The notes beneath the pieces are model-generated. The model was not told the origin of the DNA. It made no database searches and saw only the letters and a program-made list of their open reading frames with translations. A stretch of DNA of 64,000 bases from Acidobacteriota bacterium (GTDB lineage: Bacteria; Actinomycetota; Acidimicrobiia; Spongiisociales; ZC4RG35): assembly GCA_022573225.1 (NCBI GenBank), contig JACZUI010000003.1:11798-75797 (forward strand), read 5' to 3'. Position numbers and translations under genes: made by a program. Shown here piece after piece: positions 8,176-17,345 of this stretch; position 1 is the stretch's first letter, and each line of letters begins with the position of its first letter.

Positions 8176-9915
8176 TCAGTCGCAGCCGAATGCCTCCGCG
8201 CTTGCCTTGTTGGATTGCAGCTCGGCGACCTTTGCCTGAACCTTGGCCACCATCCGCGCGGTCAGCTTCTTATCCTTGGACTTCTCACGGAACGTGATGT
8301 CAGGAGCGTCGGATGATTCCTCAACCCGGTCGATCTGTTCCGTCTTAACCCACTGGCCACCCTTGCAAACGAGAGTGCGAACGCATTTGACAGTGATGGT
8401 TCGTGTGGGAATGGTGGCTGTGATCGTTTCCGGCTCGGTCCTATTGTCTAGGTCGGCAAAGAGATCCTCGAGGGCGTCTTGGTCGAGGTCGGCCAGCTCG
8501 TCAGCACCGATGTTCCCGCGATCGGTGAATCCCTTCCACGCTGAAGTCGGAACGTCGATGCGCACTTCCCCACCGAGCACCCGGAACTGCTCCCGACTCT
8601 CGACGCTGGGTTTCGTAGCCCCTTCGACACAATCGGCTTTCGGCGGTTCGGGTGGCGGTGTGGCCACTGCAGGTGGGCCGGAGGGAGTCTCCGCATCGTC
8701 TTCAGCCGCCGGCGCCGATCCCTCGCACTCTCTGAGGGCTAGGCGAGCCTGCTCGAGCGCGTCACGAGCGGCGTCGAGAGCGGCGTCGGCCTCGTCGAGG
8801 TTGGCCTTGGCATCCTCCATTGCTTCGCGGGCACCATCCAAGTTGTGCTCGGCGATCTCGGCCGCTTCTTCCTGGGCCTGCCAGCGTGCCAGGTCGTCGG
8901 CATAGGTCTCGTCGCCATCTGGCCCCTTCGGGTACCCGGATTGACGATTGGGCTCCCTAGTGCGGTTCTCTGTTTGGCTTTTGTACTCGGAGTACTCGCT
9001 TTGGAAGTGATCGTATTCGCCTTGCCAGTAGTCTTTGACCTTCTTGGCTTTGTCATAGGCGGCATCGGCCGCGGCATATGCCTTTCTCTCTGGCTCACAG
9101 TCCTTCACTGCCCCGATGAATACGGCAGCCGGCTTTGACCCTCGTATGAACAAGAAGATCCCCGTACCGACGATGCCCAGCCCGATGAAGATGAAAGCAA
9201 TGGATAGGCCGGATCCAGAGCCCTGTTCCGCATCTCCCGCCTGACCTCCATCGGCCGCCCCAGTCGCGGTCGACGAGGTGGCCGCGGCTGTTGTCGTGGT
9301 GGTGGCCGCTGTCGTCGTGGTGGCCCCGGCTGTCGTCGTGGTGGCCGGCATGATCATCTCGCCGCTCACCAGGTCGAACACCACCGGGCCGACGAGGTCG
9401 ATCGGGTCCCCCCGGTCTGCAGTGTCCGACTCCACTAGAAATTCAGCATCACCTAAGACAGTTTGGGTGGTTGTTTCCTCGGCCCACGAGCCCCATGCCG
9501 CATCCACCGTCGCCGTGAACGGCTCGGTGGGGAAAAGACCGGTCGCCACCAGCACACAGCCATTCTCAAGGATGTATGCCTCGGGGCTCTCGGCAGCGGC
9601 ACCATCCGAGATGACATTCTCCTCGCCGTCGTGAATCGTCCAGCCGATCGCGGAAACTTCGTCGCCGACCTGGACGTCGAGAAAGAAGAAGAAAGAGAAC
9701 AGGTCGCGCGGAGGCTTGTCCGCCCACGGCGTGTAGAACCCAACTTTGAACCACAACTGGCCGTCGTCGTCGATGATCGGCTGGACGAAGCTGACACGGG
9801 CGCGATCGTCGGCTTCCTCCTGTGCGGACGCCACACCGATCCCGCCGACCGCCAAAAAGAGACCAACGAGCAACGCAGCTACCCCTGTCCGGGTAAACCG
9901 CCGTAGGTCTGTCAT
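8176..9915 (-). CDS. Hypothetical single-pass membrane protein (signal peptide, Thr-rich linker, coiled coil, Cys-containing C-terminus)
   Basis: AAGGAGG RBS before ATG 9915; signal peptide ending ASA-Q; TM LSIAFIFIGLGIVGTGIFLFI. Confidence 0.75.
   Translation of the reverse strand: MTDLRRFTRTGVAALLVGLFLAVGGIGVASAQEEADDRARVSFVQPIIDDDGQLWFKVGFYTPWADKPPRDLFSFFFFLDVQVGDEVSAIGWTIHDGEENVISDGAAAESPEAYILENGCVLVATGLFPTEPFTATVDAAWGSWAEETTTQTVLGDAEFLVESDTADRGDPIDLVGPVVFDLVSGEMIMPATTTTAGATTTTAATTTTTAAATSSTATGAADGGQAGDAEQGSGSGLSIAFIFIGLGIVGTGIFLFIRGSKPAAVFIGAVKDCEPERKAYAAADAAYDKAKKVKDYWQGEYDHFQSEYSEYKSQTENRTREPNRQSGYPKGPDGDETYADDLARWQAQEEAAEIAEHNLDGAREAMEDAKANLDEADAALDAARDALEQARLALRECEGSAPAAEDDAETPSGPPAVATPPPEPPKADCVEGATKPSVESREQFRVLGGEVRIDVPTSAWKGFTDRGNIGADELADLDQDALEDLFADLDNRTEPETITATIPTRTITVKCVRTLVCKGGQWVKTEQIDRVEESSDAPDITFREKSKDKKLTARMVAKVQAKVAELQSNKASAEAFGCD
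9277..9349 (-). repeat. Degenerate tandem repeat encoding the Thr-rich linker (ATTTTAG/A)
   Basis: Repeated gctgtcgtcgtggtggcc units. Confidence 0.7.
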
Positions 9916-9999
9916 CACTCGTCTGCCTCCTTGCGCCTTCACGGTACCGAATATCGGCGTGGGTTTCTCATGGTGAGGTTGACAGCGTTCGGGACCGAG

Positions 10000-10818
10000 C
10001 TATCGGGACTCCTGATTGGGTTCTACCAGGAGCGATTGCACTGATCGGCCGAAGCGACCGGATCGGTCGGACATCCTGCTCTCTGCCATTCCCGTGCCGG
10101 TGGCATGGAGCATCGTTGTCGCATCCAGAAACACCCAGCGTCCTTCGGGCGGTCTGGCAAAGTAGACCGTCAGATCGGGGTTGATGAACAGCCAGTCCCG
10201 ATTGGGGTCCCAGTTGCTCAAACCGTTCCCGAAGTCTGCTGCGGCACAGGCTGTCTCCACGGGAGTTGGCTCTATGCCTTCCAGGACCGGTGTTCGCAGC
10301 CTGAACCACGCCTGGCCGGGTCCAGCTTCATTGAAATCTCCGTTCACTGCTCGGATCTCGACTGCATCGTTGGCGAAGGCTCCAGCTCGGGCGAACATCC
10401 GTGCAGGTCTTGCCTGTTCAGGGGGTGGAGGTATTTGCTCGGATGAATGCATAGGCGGAAGGCGGAATTCGCCACGTCGGATTCGGACTCCTACGGCTCT
10501 AGCGACAAGCGTCTCGCCGTGGTGGAGCGATGCCTCGACGACCTGGACCCGCTTGCCGGGCCTGGTCACGCTGCATTGAATACGTAAGGGCTGGATTGGC
10601 ACAGGGCGCAGCAGCTCGACCGTTATACGGACCAAGGCCATGTCCCCGTCAGCCGGGGCTCGTTGGATTTCACCGGCAAGCAGCGATGCGGGAGCCCCAC
10701 CGTGCTGGGCATCGGGTGACCATGGGCCCCCGGTAAGTCTGCTGGGAGAAACACTGTCACCGTCTCGGGCGAACAGTGCTTCGGGTTTGTTTGCCACATT
10801 CGAATGGTATGCGCTCAA
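10000..10818 (-). CDS. Acyl-CoA thioesterase-like (double hotdog) protein
   Basis: GPWSPDAQHGG, RITVELLRPVP, AADFGNG, FINPDLTV. Confidence 0.85.
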   Translation of the reverse strand: MSAYHSNVANKPEALFARDGDSVSPSRLTGGPWSPDAQHGGAPASLLAGEIQRAPADGDMALVRITVELLRPVPIQPLRIQCSVTRPGKRVQVVEASLHHGETLVARAVGVRIRRGEFRLPPMHSSEQIPPPPEQARPARMFARAGAFANDAVEIRAVNGDFNEAGPGQAWFRLRTPVLEGIEPTPVETACAAADFGNGLSNWDPNRDWLFINPDLTVYFARPPEGRWVFLDATTMLHATGTGMAESRMSDRSGRFGRSVQSLLVEPNQESR

Positions 10819-11225
10819 GCCGAGAGACCACTAGGCGAACCCTCTCCAGCCCCCTCCGGCCTGGTGTACCACCACGCCCATGCGATGAGGACGGCCTGGA
10901 TGGGAAGACGAAGCCAGTTCAGCAGCGAGTTCGGCTCTTCACCGACGAATGCAAGATCGTTGACCGCCACATTGACGTTGGCCGGGAAGATGACGACTAA
11001 CAGAACAACCAGACCCCAGGCAGCCACTAACCGGGTAGCCGGGACGATCACTCCGACACCGAGTAGGACTTCGGCAATTCCCGAGATGTACACAACCGCA
11101 AGTGGCCAGGGAACGAAGTCGGGCATTATCCGCTGGTAGGCCTCGGGGTTGATGAAGTGATACAGACCGTTGGCCAGGTAGAACGCTGCCATGAGCCAGA
11201 GGAGAGCCCGCTTCGTGGGTGACAT
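10815..11225 (-). CDS. DoxX-like membrane protein
   Basis: HFINP..Y..IMP, SGIAE, FPAN, RLPIQ. Confidence 0.8.
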   Translation of the reverse strand: MSPTKRALLWLMAAFYLANGLYHFINPEAYQRIMPDFVPWPLAVVYISGIAEVLLGVGVIVPATRLVAAWGLVVLLVVIFPANVNVAVNDLAFVGEEPNSLLNWLRLPIQAVLIAWAWWYTRPEGAGEGSPSGLSA

Positions 11226-11386
11226 CGACTCGCAGAATATCGGCTACCGGATATCGAGCAGCGAGCAGAAGCTTCCCTGATAACCACGTTTGGTCGTCCG
11301 GCGGACCTGTGGGATAGGATTTCACCACTCCGGCATACATCAATCTGCTGGATGTTGATCGTCTTAGGTGGTGGTGCAAGTTGGAA

Positions 11387-11776
11387 ATGACGGAGCAGCA
11401 CAAGGAGGCCTTGAAGGTTGGCCGGCTGGAAGCGAGGGCAATCAAGGCCTATCTGAAGGCCTTGGATGCTCGTAAACCGGGGCGTCCGGTAACCCGTGAG
11501 AGCCTCGAGGCCCGGCTGGGGTCGATCGAGGCCAAAATCGCCGAAAGCGACGATCCGCTCAGGAAACTCGAGTTGGTTCAGAAGAAGCTCGACATCGAAG
11601 ATTCCCTGGATCAGGTGGAAGACGCTCGGAACATCGCTGATCTCGAGGCGGGTTTTGTCCAACATGCTCGGTCGTACTCGGAGCGAAAGGGGATCAGCTA
11701 CACCGCGTGGCGACAGATCGGGGTGACCGCGGCGACCTTGAAGGCCGCCGGCATTACCGAAACCAGGCGTCGCTAG
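11387..11776 (+). CDS. Conserved hypothetical helical protein
   Basis: Protein-like composition; HKEALKVGR, YLKAL..RKPGRP, GISYTAWRQIGV resemble a family I recall from Acidimicrobiia. Confidence 0.75.
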   Translation: MTEQHKEALKVGRLEARAIKAYLKALDARKPGRPVTRESLEARLGSIEAKIAESDDPLRKLELVQKKLDIEDSLDQVEDARNIADLEAGFVQHARSYSERKGISYTAWRQIGVTAATLKAAGITETRRR

Positions 11777-11794
11777 TGGCCGTTACCACTACCG

Positions 11795-12136
11795 CTAGTC
11801 CCACCCCAGCTCGGTCAATCGGTCATCTTCGATCCCGAGATGATGGGCGATCTCGTGAAGCACGGTCTTCCGTATCTCAGCTTCCAGATCGTGTTGGTCA
11901 AGTCGGAGCCTGAGGTGCGGCTGGCGGAAGATGACGATGCGGTCGGGTAGGGCACCCCAGTATTCGCCGGCTCGCTCCGGTAGCGATACGCCTTCGTACA
12001 CGCCGAGAGAATCGCCAAGCTCCGGGGGTGGATGTTCCTCCACCACCACATGGAGATTGTCGATCTTGTCGTGGACCCATGCCGGCAAAGACTCGAGGGT
12101 GCGGTCGACGACCGTCTCGAAGTCCTCCCGGTTCAA
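11795..12136 (-). CDS. Zincin-like metallopeptidase family protein (DUF1025)
   Basis: LGVYEG, PDRIVIFR, TVLHEIAHHLG (HExxH). Confidence 0.85.
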   Translation of the reverse strand: MNREDFETVVDRTLESLPAWVHDKIDNLHVVVEEHPPPELGDSLGVYEGVSLPERAGEYWGALPDRIVIFRQPHLRLRLDQHDLEAEIRKTVLHEIAHHLGIEDDRLTELGWD

Positions 12137-12140
12137 TAGC

Positions 12141-12608
12141 TCAGAGCTTTATCGACCTTGCTCCAAGTAAGGCCATCAGGTATGCCGCATAAGCGCCCAG
12201 GGCCCCGAGGACCGTGACGAAGTCTTCGAGCACTCCCTCCCTCAGGTCGAAGATGATCTCGGTCAGGCCGATGACAGCAAGGCCGTATCCAATGATCTTC
12301 ATCAGAACATTGAGGCGATGAACCTTTTCGACCGAGTCCCGATTGAGCCTTGGAAGCGCTGCTGCGGCCACTGCGAAGAGAATGACAATGGTCGGCATGA
12401 AGTATTCGCTGAGAATTACCTCGAAAATGAGCCAAACAGCGATGAGGATGAGCCCGGCGACGGCCACCATTCCTTCGCCGCCGGAGAAGTCGGAGTCGCT
12501 CGTCGGTTCGCTGGCGGCAGGCGCGGCCTCGGTCCCTCCTTGGTCTGGGGGATCAGGCGCTGGGGGTCGGTCTTCCTGCGGCTCCGGCACAGGGGTCTCG
12601 TCGGTCAT
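12141..12608 (-). CDS. Hypothetical membrane protein
   Basis: AGGAGGAG RBS; Pro/acidic N-terminus followed by 4 hydrophobic segments. Confidence 0.7.
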   Translation of the reverse strand: MTDETPVPEPQEDRPPAPDPPDQGGTEAAPAASEPTSDSDFSGGEGMVAVAGLILIAVWLIFEVILSEYFMPTIVILFAVAAAALPRLNRDSVEKVHRLNVLMKIIGYGLAVIGLTEIIFDLREGVLEDFVTVLGALGAYAAYLMALLGARSIKL

Positions 12609-12706
12609 GTCTCCTCCTCTGCCGGCACGTGTTGGCGGGTGGACGCCGGCCTCAAGACTCTATCCGTGGTGAGTAGCGCCGCGCCGTCAAGTACGCTGCA
12701 TTTCTC

Positions 12707-12781
12707 GGGCGATTAGCTCAGTCTGGCTAGAGCGCTCGCCTCACACGCGAGAGGCCACAGGTTCAAGTCCCGTATCGCCCA
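12707..12781 (+). tRNA. tRNA-Val (CAC)
   Basis: Acceptor stem GGGCGAT/ATCGCCC, D arm TAGCTCAGTCTGGCTAGAGC, anticodon arm CTCGC-CTCACAC-GCGAG, T loop TTCAAGT; CCA not encoded. Confidence 0.93.
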
Positions 12782-12786
12782 CGCGA

Positions 12787-12808
12787 CAACCTCGGTCAAA
12801 GGGGGTTG
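12787..12808 (+). terminator. Hairpin just downstream of tRNA-Val
   Basis: CAACCTC...GGGGTTG stem, no U tract. Confidence 0.35.
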
Positions 12809-13301
12809 CCTCTGTCCTGAAGCCACTTCTGAAGATGCTCTATCTTGGCAAAGTTGCCAACCACGACCCATTTTGACGCTCATTGAGTTGCCACAGGAAG
12901 GCCGGAGGGGGTGCTGCGTCACCACCGCTGGCGAAGCGAATGCCCAGAAGAAGGCACCCGCCATGACTGACAGTGCCGACACCGTCTGAGCTACAGGACG
13001 CCTTCTTCGCGATGCCCATCACCGACTGGTGGAAGCGGGGGCTGGTCTCTTCAGAGATTCTCAAGGACGCCCCGGAAGGCTCGAAAACCGTGCTGAAATC
13101 TCTAGCCAAGGGGGTGAAGAGCGTCTATGGATCGTCGCCGTGCGACGGCGTCGCCCGAGTGGGACTTGCTCTTCGATTCCGTCAAGGGATTGTTCACGGA
13201 GTCGGAGGGATGAAGCGTGGCTGTGTCGGCCGCCCGCAATCCGGATGCGCGCCGGGTCAGTCTCCCCTTCTGGTCGGCTACCTGAGAACAAGGCTCAAGT
13301 G

Positions 13302-15635
13302 TTACCACTTGCCCGCCACCGGCAGCCAGGTTCCTTGCCCGAAGGAGAACACCTCGTCGGCGTTGCCTTGGGTGTTGTGGTATTTGAGATAGAACTTGGC
13401 GTCGCCGGGTCTGAAAACGCCCGGGGTGTCGACGGAGTCGATTACTCCCCAATCACCGGCAACAAACAGGTCGTTGGGGATGCCGAAGAAGAACTGATCG
13501 TCGGCCACTCCGGTGGTGAGGGTTTTGCGGTAGTAGAAGAACCCGTTCGACTCCCGGTACAAGCCGATCTCGTCGATATCGTCCCCGTCGAAATCGCCGG
13601 TCACCGGCGTGTCGCCTGGGACCCCGAACAGGAACGAGAACTCGGCAGTTCCCAATCCGCCGTCATTGGACCCGAGCACGTTGATGATGTAGATGCGGGC
13701 TTCGAATGGTCGGTATATCGACACCGTGTCACATCCGTTTCCGTTGAAGTCGCCGGGTAACGGGATGTCGTTGGGGATACCGAAGAAGAACCGGATGTCG
13801 GCCACCCCCTGGGTGTTGGAGTTGCGCAGGTAGACGAAGCCATCGGACTGGCGGTACAGCCCGGGGGTATCCACTCCGTCACAGTTCCAGTCCCCGGCAA
13901 ACGGGAAGTCGCCGGGAACGCCGTAATAGAACGAGTCCACCACTCCGTTACCATCCCTGAGATGCCATATGCCCGAACTCGGATCGACGAGTCCTACTTC
14001 GTCCTCCGGGATCCCCGGGCCTAAAACTTCGTCCTCCGGGGTCCCCGGGCCTAAAACTTCGTCCTCCTGGTTGACCGTGACCGTCACCTCGTCGCTGCTC
14101 GAAAGCGCTCCGTCATGGGCGGTGAGTCGCAGCAGGTAGACCCCGGATGTGGAGAAGCTGGCGGTGGTGTTCAGGGCGGCGGTGTTCCCGAAGATGACGG
14201 TGCCCGGTCCGGTCACCTTTGACCAGGTGGTGGTCACCGTGTCTGGCGGGTCGGGCAGCCCGTCATCGTTGACCGTCCCCGACAGGTTCGCCAGGTCGGG
14301 GAGGGTGATCGTCTGGTCCCCACCCGCCGAAACCGTCGGGGCCTGGTTGGACGCTCCGCAAATGTCGTTGGGTTGGCCGACGTAGACCAAGGGCTCCTCA
14401 TGGTTATCAGGGTCGCCAGCGAAGCCGCAGGCGGGATCGGTTTGAGCCTTCGTGCCAAGGGCCGCCATCGCAGCGTTCCGGGCCGCCATTGGTTCGGTCG
14501 AGGCGGTAACGGTCAGTGCGCTGGCGGCAATGCGCTCGGCCACCGCACCGGTCACCAGCGGGGCGGAAAAGCTGGTGCCACTGCCGATGGCGTAGGCGCC
14601 GCCTTTGAAAGTGGAAAGGATATCGACGCCGGGAGCGGCAAGGTCCACGTCGACACCGAAGTTGCTGAAAGAGGCGAACGTATCGTCGCCATTGCCGCCG
14701 GAAGCACCACCCGCACCGTCGGTATCCTTGATGGCGGAGACGGTGATCACTTCGTCGTAGGCGGCGGGCACATGGTTGGCGGCATCCTCACTGTCGTTGC
14801 CGGCGGCAACGACGATGACCACACCCGCCCTGGCCGTGTTTTGGATGGCCTCGTGAAGGACGGTGTCGCCTCCTGCGGAGCGGCCCAGGCTCATGTTGGC
14901 GACGCGAATGCTCAGCCCACCGGCGTTGGCGGCCACGTAGTCGAGGCCGGCGATGACGCTGGCGTCGCTGCCGCTGGCGTTGTTGTCCAGCACCTTGACC
15001 GCCACCAAGCAGGCGCCGGGAGCCACGCCGCGGACATCGACGCCGGCGACAGTAGCGACGCCAATCTTGGCAGCAGCCGTACCGGCCACATGGGTGCCGT
15101 GGCCGTTCTTGTCGTCAGCGTCGGGGCCGCCGGCAGCAAAGGTCTTGGAATTAGCGACATCGACATTTAGATCTGGGTGGTTGAAGTCGATGCCCGTGTC
15201 CAGGATGGCAATACGGAAAGCTGGCGAATCACAGCTCCCCACCGTGTTTACGCCCTCAGCGTCGATGCGGTCAACGCCGGTCGGCCCGTCCAGGGCGAGT
15301 ACCACCCTGTTAGGCACCACGTTGATGATGCGGGGGTCGGCCTGGAGTGCCGCAACCTTCGCGTCGGGCACGTTGGCGGCGAAGCCGTTGAGGGCATGTT
15401 CATAGACGTGGATTAGGCCCAGCCCGTGCTCTCGCGTTAGCTCTGCGGCGGCCACGCCCGGCTCGACACTGTCCTCGAAGACGACGATCCACTGGCCCGG
15501 GATCACATTGGGACGGGTGCTGGCGGCCAGACCGTCCACTGGTAGCAATGCCACTACCAAGGCAACCAGTGCGATCCCGGCAGCCCTTCTTGGACGTGCC
15601 CGACTGAGCTTCGCGACGGTGAAAACCTGTCTCAA
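13302..15635 (-). CDS. Secreted S8 subtilase with I9 propeptide, PKD-like domain and C-terminal FG-GAP-like repeat domain
   Basis: Signal peptide; ILDTGID, HGTHVAG, GTSFSAP catalytic triad; NQAPTVSAGGDQTI; repeated GDW/FxGDGxDT. Confidence 0.9.
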   Translation of the reverse strand: MRQVFTVAKLSRARPRRAAGIALVALVVALLPVDGLAASTRPNVIPGQWIVVFEDSVEPGVAAAELTREHGLGLIHVYEHALNGFAANVPDAKVAALQADPRIINVVPNRVVLALDGPTGVDRIDAEGVNTVGSCDSPAFRIAILDTGIDFNHPDLNVDVANSKTFAAGGPDADDKNGHGTHVAGTAAAKIGVATVAGVDVRGVAPGACLVAVKVLDNNASGSDASVIAGLDYVAANAGGLSIRVANMSLGRSAGGDTVLHEAIQNTARAGVVIVVAAGNDSEDAANHVPAAYDEVITVSAIKDTDGAGGASGGNGDDTFASFSNFGVDVDLAAPGVDILSTFKGGAYAIGSGTSFSAPLVTGAVAERIAASALTVTASTEPMAARNAAMAALGTKAQTDPACGFAGDPDNHEEPLVYVGQPNDICGASNQAPTVSAGGDQTITLPDLANLSGTVNDDGLPDPPDTVTTTWSKVTGPGTVIFGNTAALNTTASFSTSGVYLLRLTAHDGALSSSDEVTVTVNQEDEVLGPGTPEDEVLGPGIPEDEVGLVDPSSGIWHLRDGNGVVDSFYYGVPGDFPFAGDWNCDGVDTPGLYRQSDGFVYLRNSNTQGVADIRFFFGIPNDIPLPGDFNGNGCDTVSIYRPFEARIYIINVLGSNDGGLGTAEFSFLFGVPGDTPVTGDFDGDDIDEIGLYRESNGFFYYRKTLTTGVADDQFFFGIPNDLFVAGDWGVIDSVDTPGVFRPGDAKFYLKYHNTQGNADEVFSFGQGTWLPVAGKW
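13996..14067 (-). repeat. 30-bp in-frame tandem repeat (~2.4 copies) in subtilase linker
   Basis: acttcgtcctccggg(a/g)tccccgggcctaaa twice plus a partial copy; encodes EDEVLGPG(T/I)P. Confidence 0.9.
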
Positions 15636-15917
15636 CCCCTCACTGCCTTCGGGCGCGCCCGATCACTATGAGAAAGACAGCGGGCGCCATAAGATGCCCA
15701 CCACTCAGCTCGAATGCCCGAGCCTTGTAGTAGCCAATGCGCCGCCAGTCCCAACGGCGGTCTGGAGTCATGCGTCCTCCTATGAATCGAGGCTACAGAA
15801 TCCATTCGGTCACCGACCCGGTCGCGACGAGTGTCCCGATACAAGGGCAGGCTGATACGCCCACGAGCACTGACTTTCCTAGTCAGCCTCCGATAGACCC
15901 GGACGGATTCAGTTCTG

Positions 15918-17273
15918 TTACGTGACGGTTGCCTTGACACTTGCATACTCATGGTGAACCTCGTTCTCCACCAGAGTTCTCAGCCGATGGGCCGCGGTGT
16001 GCACATCGACGAATGAGGTGTACAGAGGCGAGAAGCCGAACCGGAGACTGTCGGGAGCCCTGAAGTCGGGGATCACCTTGGCCCGCTCGATCAAAGCCCG
16101 CGCAATGGGCCAGGCGTCGTCGTGGGTCAAGGAGATATGGGATCCCCTGATCGCGGAATCCTGAGGCGAGCCCAATTTGAAGCCCAGTGAGGCCAGGTGG
16201 GTTTCCCAAAGCTCGATGAAGTACTCGGTCAACGCCACCGACTTGGTCCTGATCTCCCCCATCCCGGCCTCGACCACATCAGCGATTCCCGGTTCAGCCG
16301 CCGCCAACGACAGCATCGGCATTGTCCCGGTGTGGAAACGTCTGATACCCGAGACGGGCTCGAATTCCAGGTCGAACGCGAATGGGTCGCTATGGCCCCA
16401 CCATGCGGTGATGGGGTTGCTCAACTCGTCTTGGAGGTCCTTCCTCACGTAGAGGAACGCGGGTGAACCGGGCCCGCCGTTCAGATACTTGTAGGTGCAG
16501 CCAATAGCGAGGTCGACTCCCGCCCCTTCGAAGTCGATGGGGACGGCTCCAACCGAGTGGCTGCAATCCCAGAGCACAAGGGCCCCGGACTCATGGGCCA
16601 ACCGGGTCAGCTCCGCCATGTCGTAGGTGTAGCCAGACTTGAAGACGGTATGGGAGAGCGAGACGAGAGCGGTGTCGTCGTCTATGGCGTCGGCTAGGCC
16701 GGGTACCGGTCCGTGCACCCCATCGGACTCGACAATCTGCATTAGGTAGTCATCGCCGAAGAGGCCGGCAACGCCGCCGAGCACATAGACATCGGTGGGA
16801 AAGTTGAGGTCATCGGTGATGATCTTGTGTTTTCCGGGGCGGGCGGCGACCGCCGAGTAGGCGAGTTTGAACAAGTTGACCGATGTGGAGTCGGAGATGA
16901 TGACTTCGCCCGGATCGGCACCAATTATCCGAGCGAGCAGGTCTCCGAGCCGAAGCTGGAGGTCCCACCAACCTTCGTTCCACGATCGAATCAACCGATC
17001 TCCCCACTCGTCCGCGACGACACCGGCGACCAGGTCCTGGGTCTTGTCGGGGAGACGTCCCAGCGAGTTGCCGTCGAGATAGATCAGGCGCGGATCGGTG
17101 ACCACAAACCGCTCTTTGAACCTCGAGAGAGGATCCGACCCATCCAATTCCATCGCCTTGTCGTATCCGGGTGCGTCCTGGAATGGGCCTAACACGAGCT
17201 TGGATGAGGTATCGATCATGGCCGACCGGATTGTGGCATGGTGCTCACCGTGAGAGGCCGGCTTGTCGTCCAT
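15918..17273 (-). CDS. kynU: Kynureninase (true start may be 17219)
   Basis: IYLDGNSLG, WDCSHSVGAVP, GCTYKYLNGGPG, RGSHIS, PDFRAPD. Confidence 0.92.
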   Translation of the reverse strand: MDDKPASHGEHHATIRSAMIDTSSKLVLGPFQDAPGYDKAMELDGSDPLSRFKERFVVTDPRLIYLDGNSLGRLPDKTQDLVAGVVADEWGDRLIRSWNEGWWDLQLRLGDLLARIIGADPGEVIISDSTSVNLFKLAYSAVAARPGKHKIITDDLNFPTDVYVLGGVAGLFGDDYLMQIVESDGVHGPVPGLADAIDDDTALVSLSHTVFKSGYTYDMAELTRLAHESGALVLWDCSHSVGAVPIDFEGAGVDLAIGCTYKYLNGGPGSPAFLYVRKDLQDELSNPITAWWGHSDPFAFDLEFEPVSGIRRFHTGTMPMLSLAAAEPGIADVVEAGMGEIRTKSVALTEYFIELWETHLASLGFKLGSPQDSAIRGSHISLTHDDAWPIARALIERAKVIPDFRAPDSLRFGFSPLYTSFVDVHTAAHRLRTLVENEVHHEYASVKATVT

Positions 17274-17345
17274 CTCGGCGAACTAGCGCCGACGTCAGTC
17301 GGACATGGCTGCTCCAGTCTTGGGCCCGGGAGATAGGCTGCCGCC

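Noticed and set aside
12973..13392. 139-aa plus-strand ORF after tRNA-Val
   Set aside because: N-terminal half looks protein-like, but there is no RBS or family motif and it overlaps the subtilase 3' end
13996..14067. 30-bp repeats as a possible CRISPR array
   Set aside because: Directly tandem with no spacers, in frame within a CDS, and no cas genes in the window
12782..15917. Prophage or ICE at tRNA-Val
   Set aside because: No integrase, phage or conjugation genes, and no duplicated tRNA 3' end seen
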